Shown here piece after piece: positions 31,481 to 32,000 of a stretch of DNA of 32,000 nt. Under the pieces are notes generated by a model, which was given only the letters and a program-made list of their open reading frames with translations, was not told the origin of the DNA and made no database searches. Position numbers and translations under genes: made by a program. Within the stretch, counting starts at the first letter, position 1, and the number at the start of each line of letters is the position of its first letter. The stretch is from Gemmata obscuriglobus (GTDB taxonomy: Bacteria > Planctomycetota > Planctomycetia > Gemmatales > Gemmataceae): contig NZ_CP042911.1 in assembly GCF_008065095.1 (NCBI RefSeq), forward strand, positions 8,460,001 to 8,492,000. The letters run 5' to 3'.

Positions 31481-31501
31481 GCAACATATGGACTGTTTGA
31501 G

Positions 31502-31530
31502 CGGCCCCGGCTCATGGCCGGGGCCGTTTC
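31502..31530 (+). terminator. Intrinsic terminator after the PDZ gene
   Basis: A perfect 10-bp GC stem, cggccccggc (31502-31511) with gccggggccg (31517-31526), has a 5-nt loop. It is followed by tttcgctgtt. Confidence 0.65.
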
Positions 31531-31762
31531 GCTGTTCGGCCACCGCGGGCGTTCCGGTGCCCGTGTTTTCGCGTTGTCGCACTCGAATTTGCCAGACGGC
31601 ACTCGGCCGCGGCCCGACTTCTGAAATTGCTTTTGCGGTGGACGCGGCTCATCACTCGGGTTTACGCTCCTCGAAGCGGAGAAACGGACCGCCCCGTTGC
31701 TCCCGAGCCTGCGGGGCGTTGCGAAGCTCGGCGATTGTAACGACGGGCTCGAGAGGTGACCG

Positions 31763-32000
31763 ATGACGGACGCGATGAGCGACCAGTACCGCCGCTGGTT
31801 CGAGTACGAGCGGGACGCAAACGCCAAGGTGCTGGCGTCCCTGGAAACCGTTCCCCCGGACCGGCGCGACGGACCAGAGTACCAGCGGGCGGTGTCCGTT
31901 TTGGCGCACGTGGTGGCCGCGCGGCGCGTGTGGCTGGAGCGGCTCGGCGTGCTCCCGCCCGGCACCGCCACGTTGTTCCCCGACGGCGCCGGGTTCGAGC
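31763..32000 (+). CDS. DinB-family protein, N-terminal part (runs off the window)
   Basis: Not in the ORF track because no stop lies in the window. Hand translation from the ATG at 31763 gives MTDAMSDQYRRWFEYERDANAKVLASLETVPPDRRDGPEYQRAVSVLAHVVAARRVWLERLG…, which fits the DinB/YfiT-like helical-bundle N-terminus. Confidence 0.6.
   Translation, partial: MTDAMSDQYRRWFEYERDANAKVLASLETVPPDRRDGPEYQRAVSVLAHVVAARRVWLERLGVLPPGTATLFPDGAGFE

Noticed and set aside
31303-31971. 222-aa minus-strand ORF
   Set aside because: It overlaps the 3' end of the PDZ gene, a terminator and the DinB-like gene on the other strand. The translation is S/R/P-rich.

Overview
GC-rich window, probably from a Planctomycetota genome of the Gemmata type. 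That guess rests on one ORF carrying the TIGR02996 'repeat-companion' signature (...PRLVYADWLAQHGDERRAEFVRVQ...), recalled from memory. Positions 1 to about 26415 are most of a temperate, siphovirus-like prophage, read almost entirely on the minus strand. In order from the right it has: a tyrosine integrase abutting the 3' end of a tRNA gene; a low-GC divergent switch region; an early operon (Xis-like HTH, RHH, RNase H, DUF3820-like, Zn-ribbon protein, sigma-70-like factor); an orphan DNA methyltransferase; a P4-type prim-pol/helicase; a 9-mer repeat (iteron-like) block; a ParB-like protein; terS; terL; the TIGR02996 moron; a 1465-aa portal fusion carrying a ParB/Srx-like domain; protease-scaffold; a decoration-slot protein; major capsid; six connector-size genes; tail tube; a G/GT chaperone pair with a canonical -1 frameshift signal; and the start of the tape measure, which runs off the window. 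Positions 26416-32000 are host DNA: an amidohydrolase, an aberrant tRNA-Arg-like element, two small proteins, a decayed ISAs1-family IS, a PDZ protein and a partial DinB-like gene. No CRISPR array or rRNA was seen. All family calls come from motif recognition by eye; no database search was run. Most long plus-strand ORFs in 1-26300 are antisense shadows typical of high-GC DNA.
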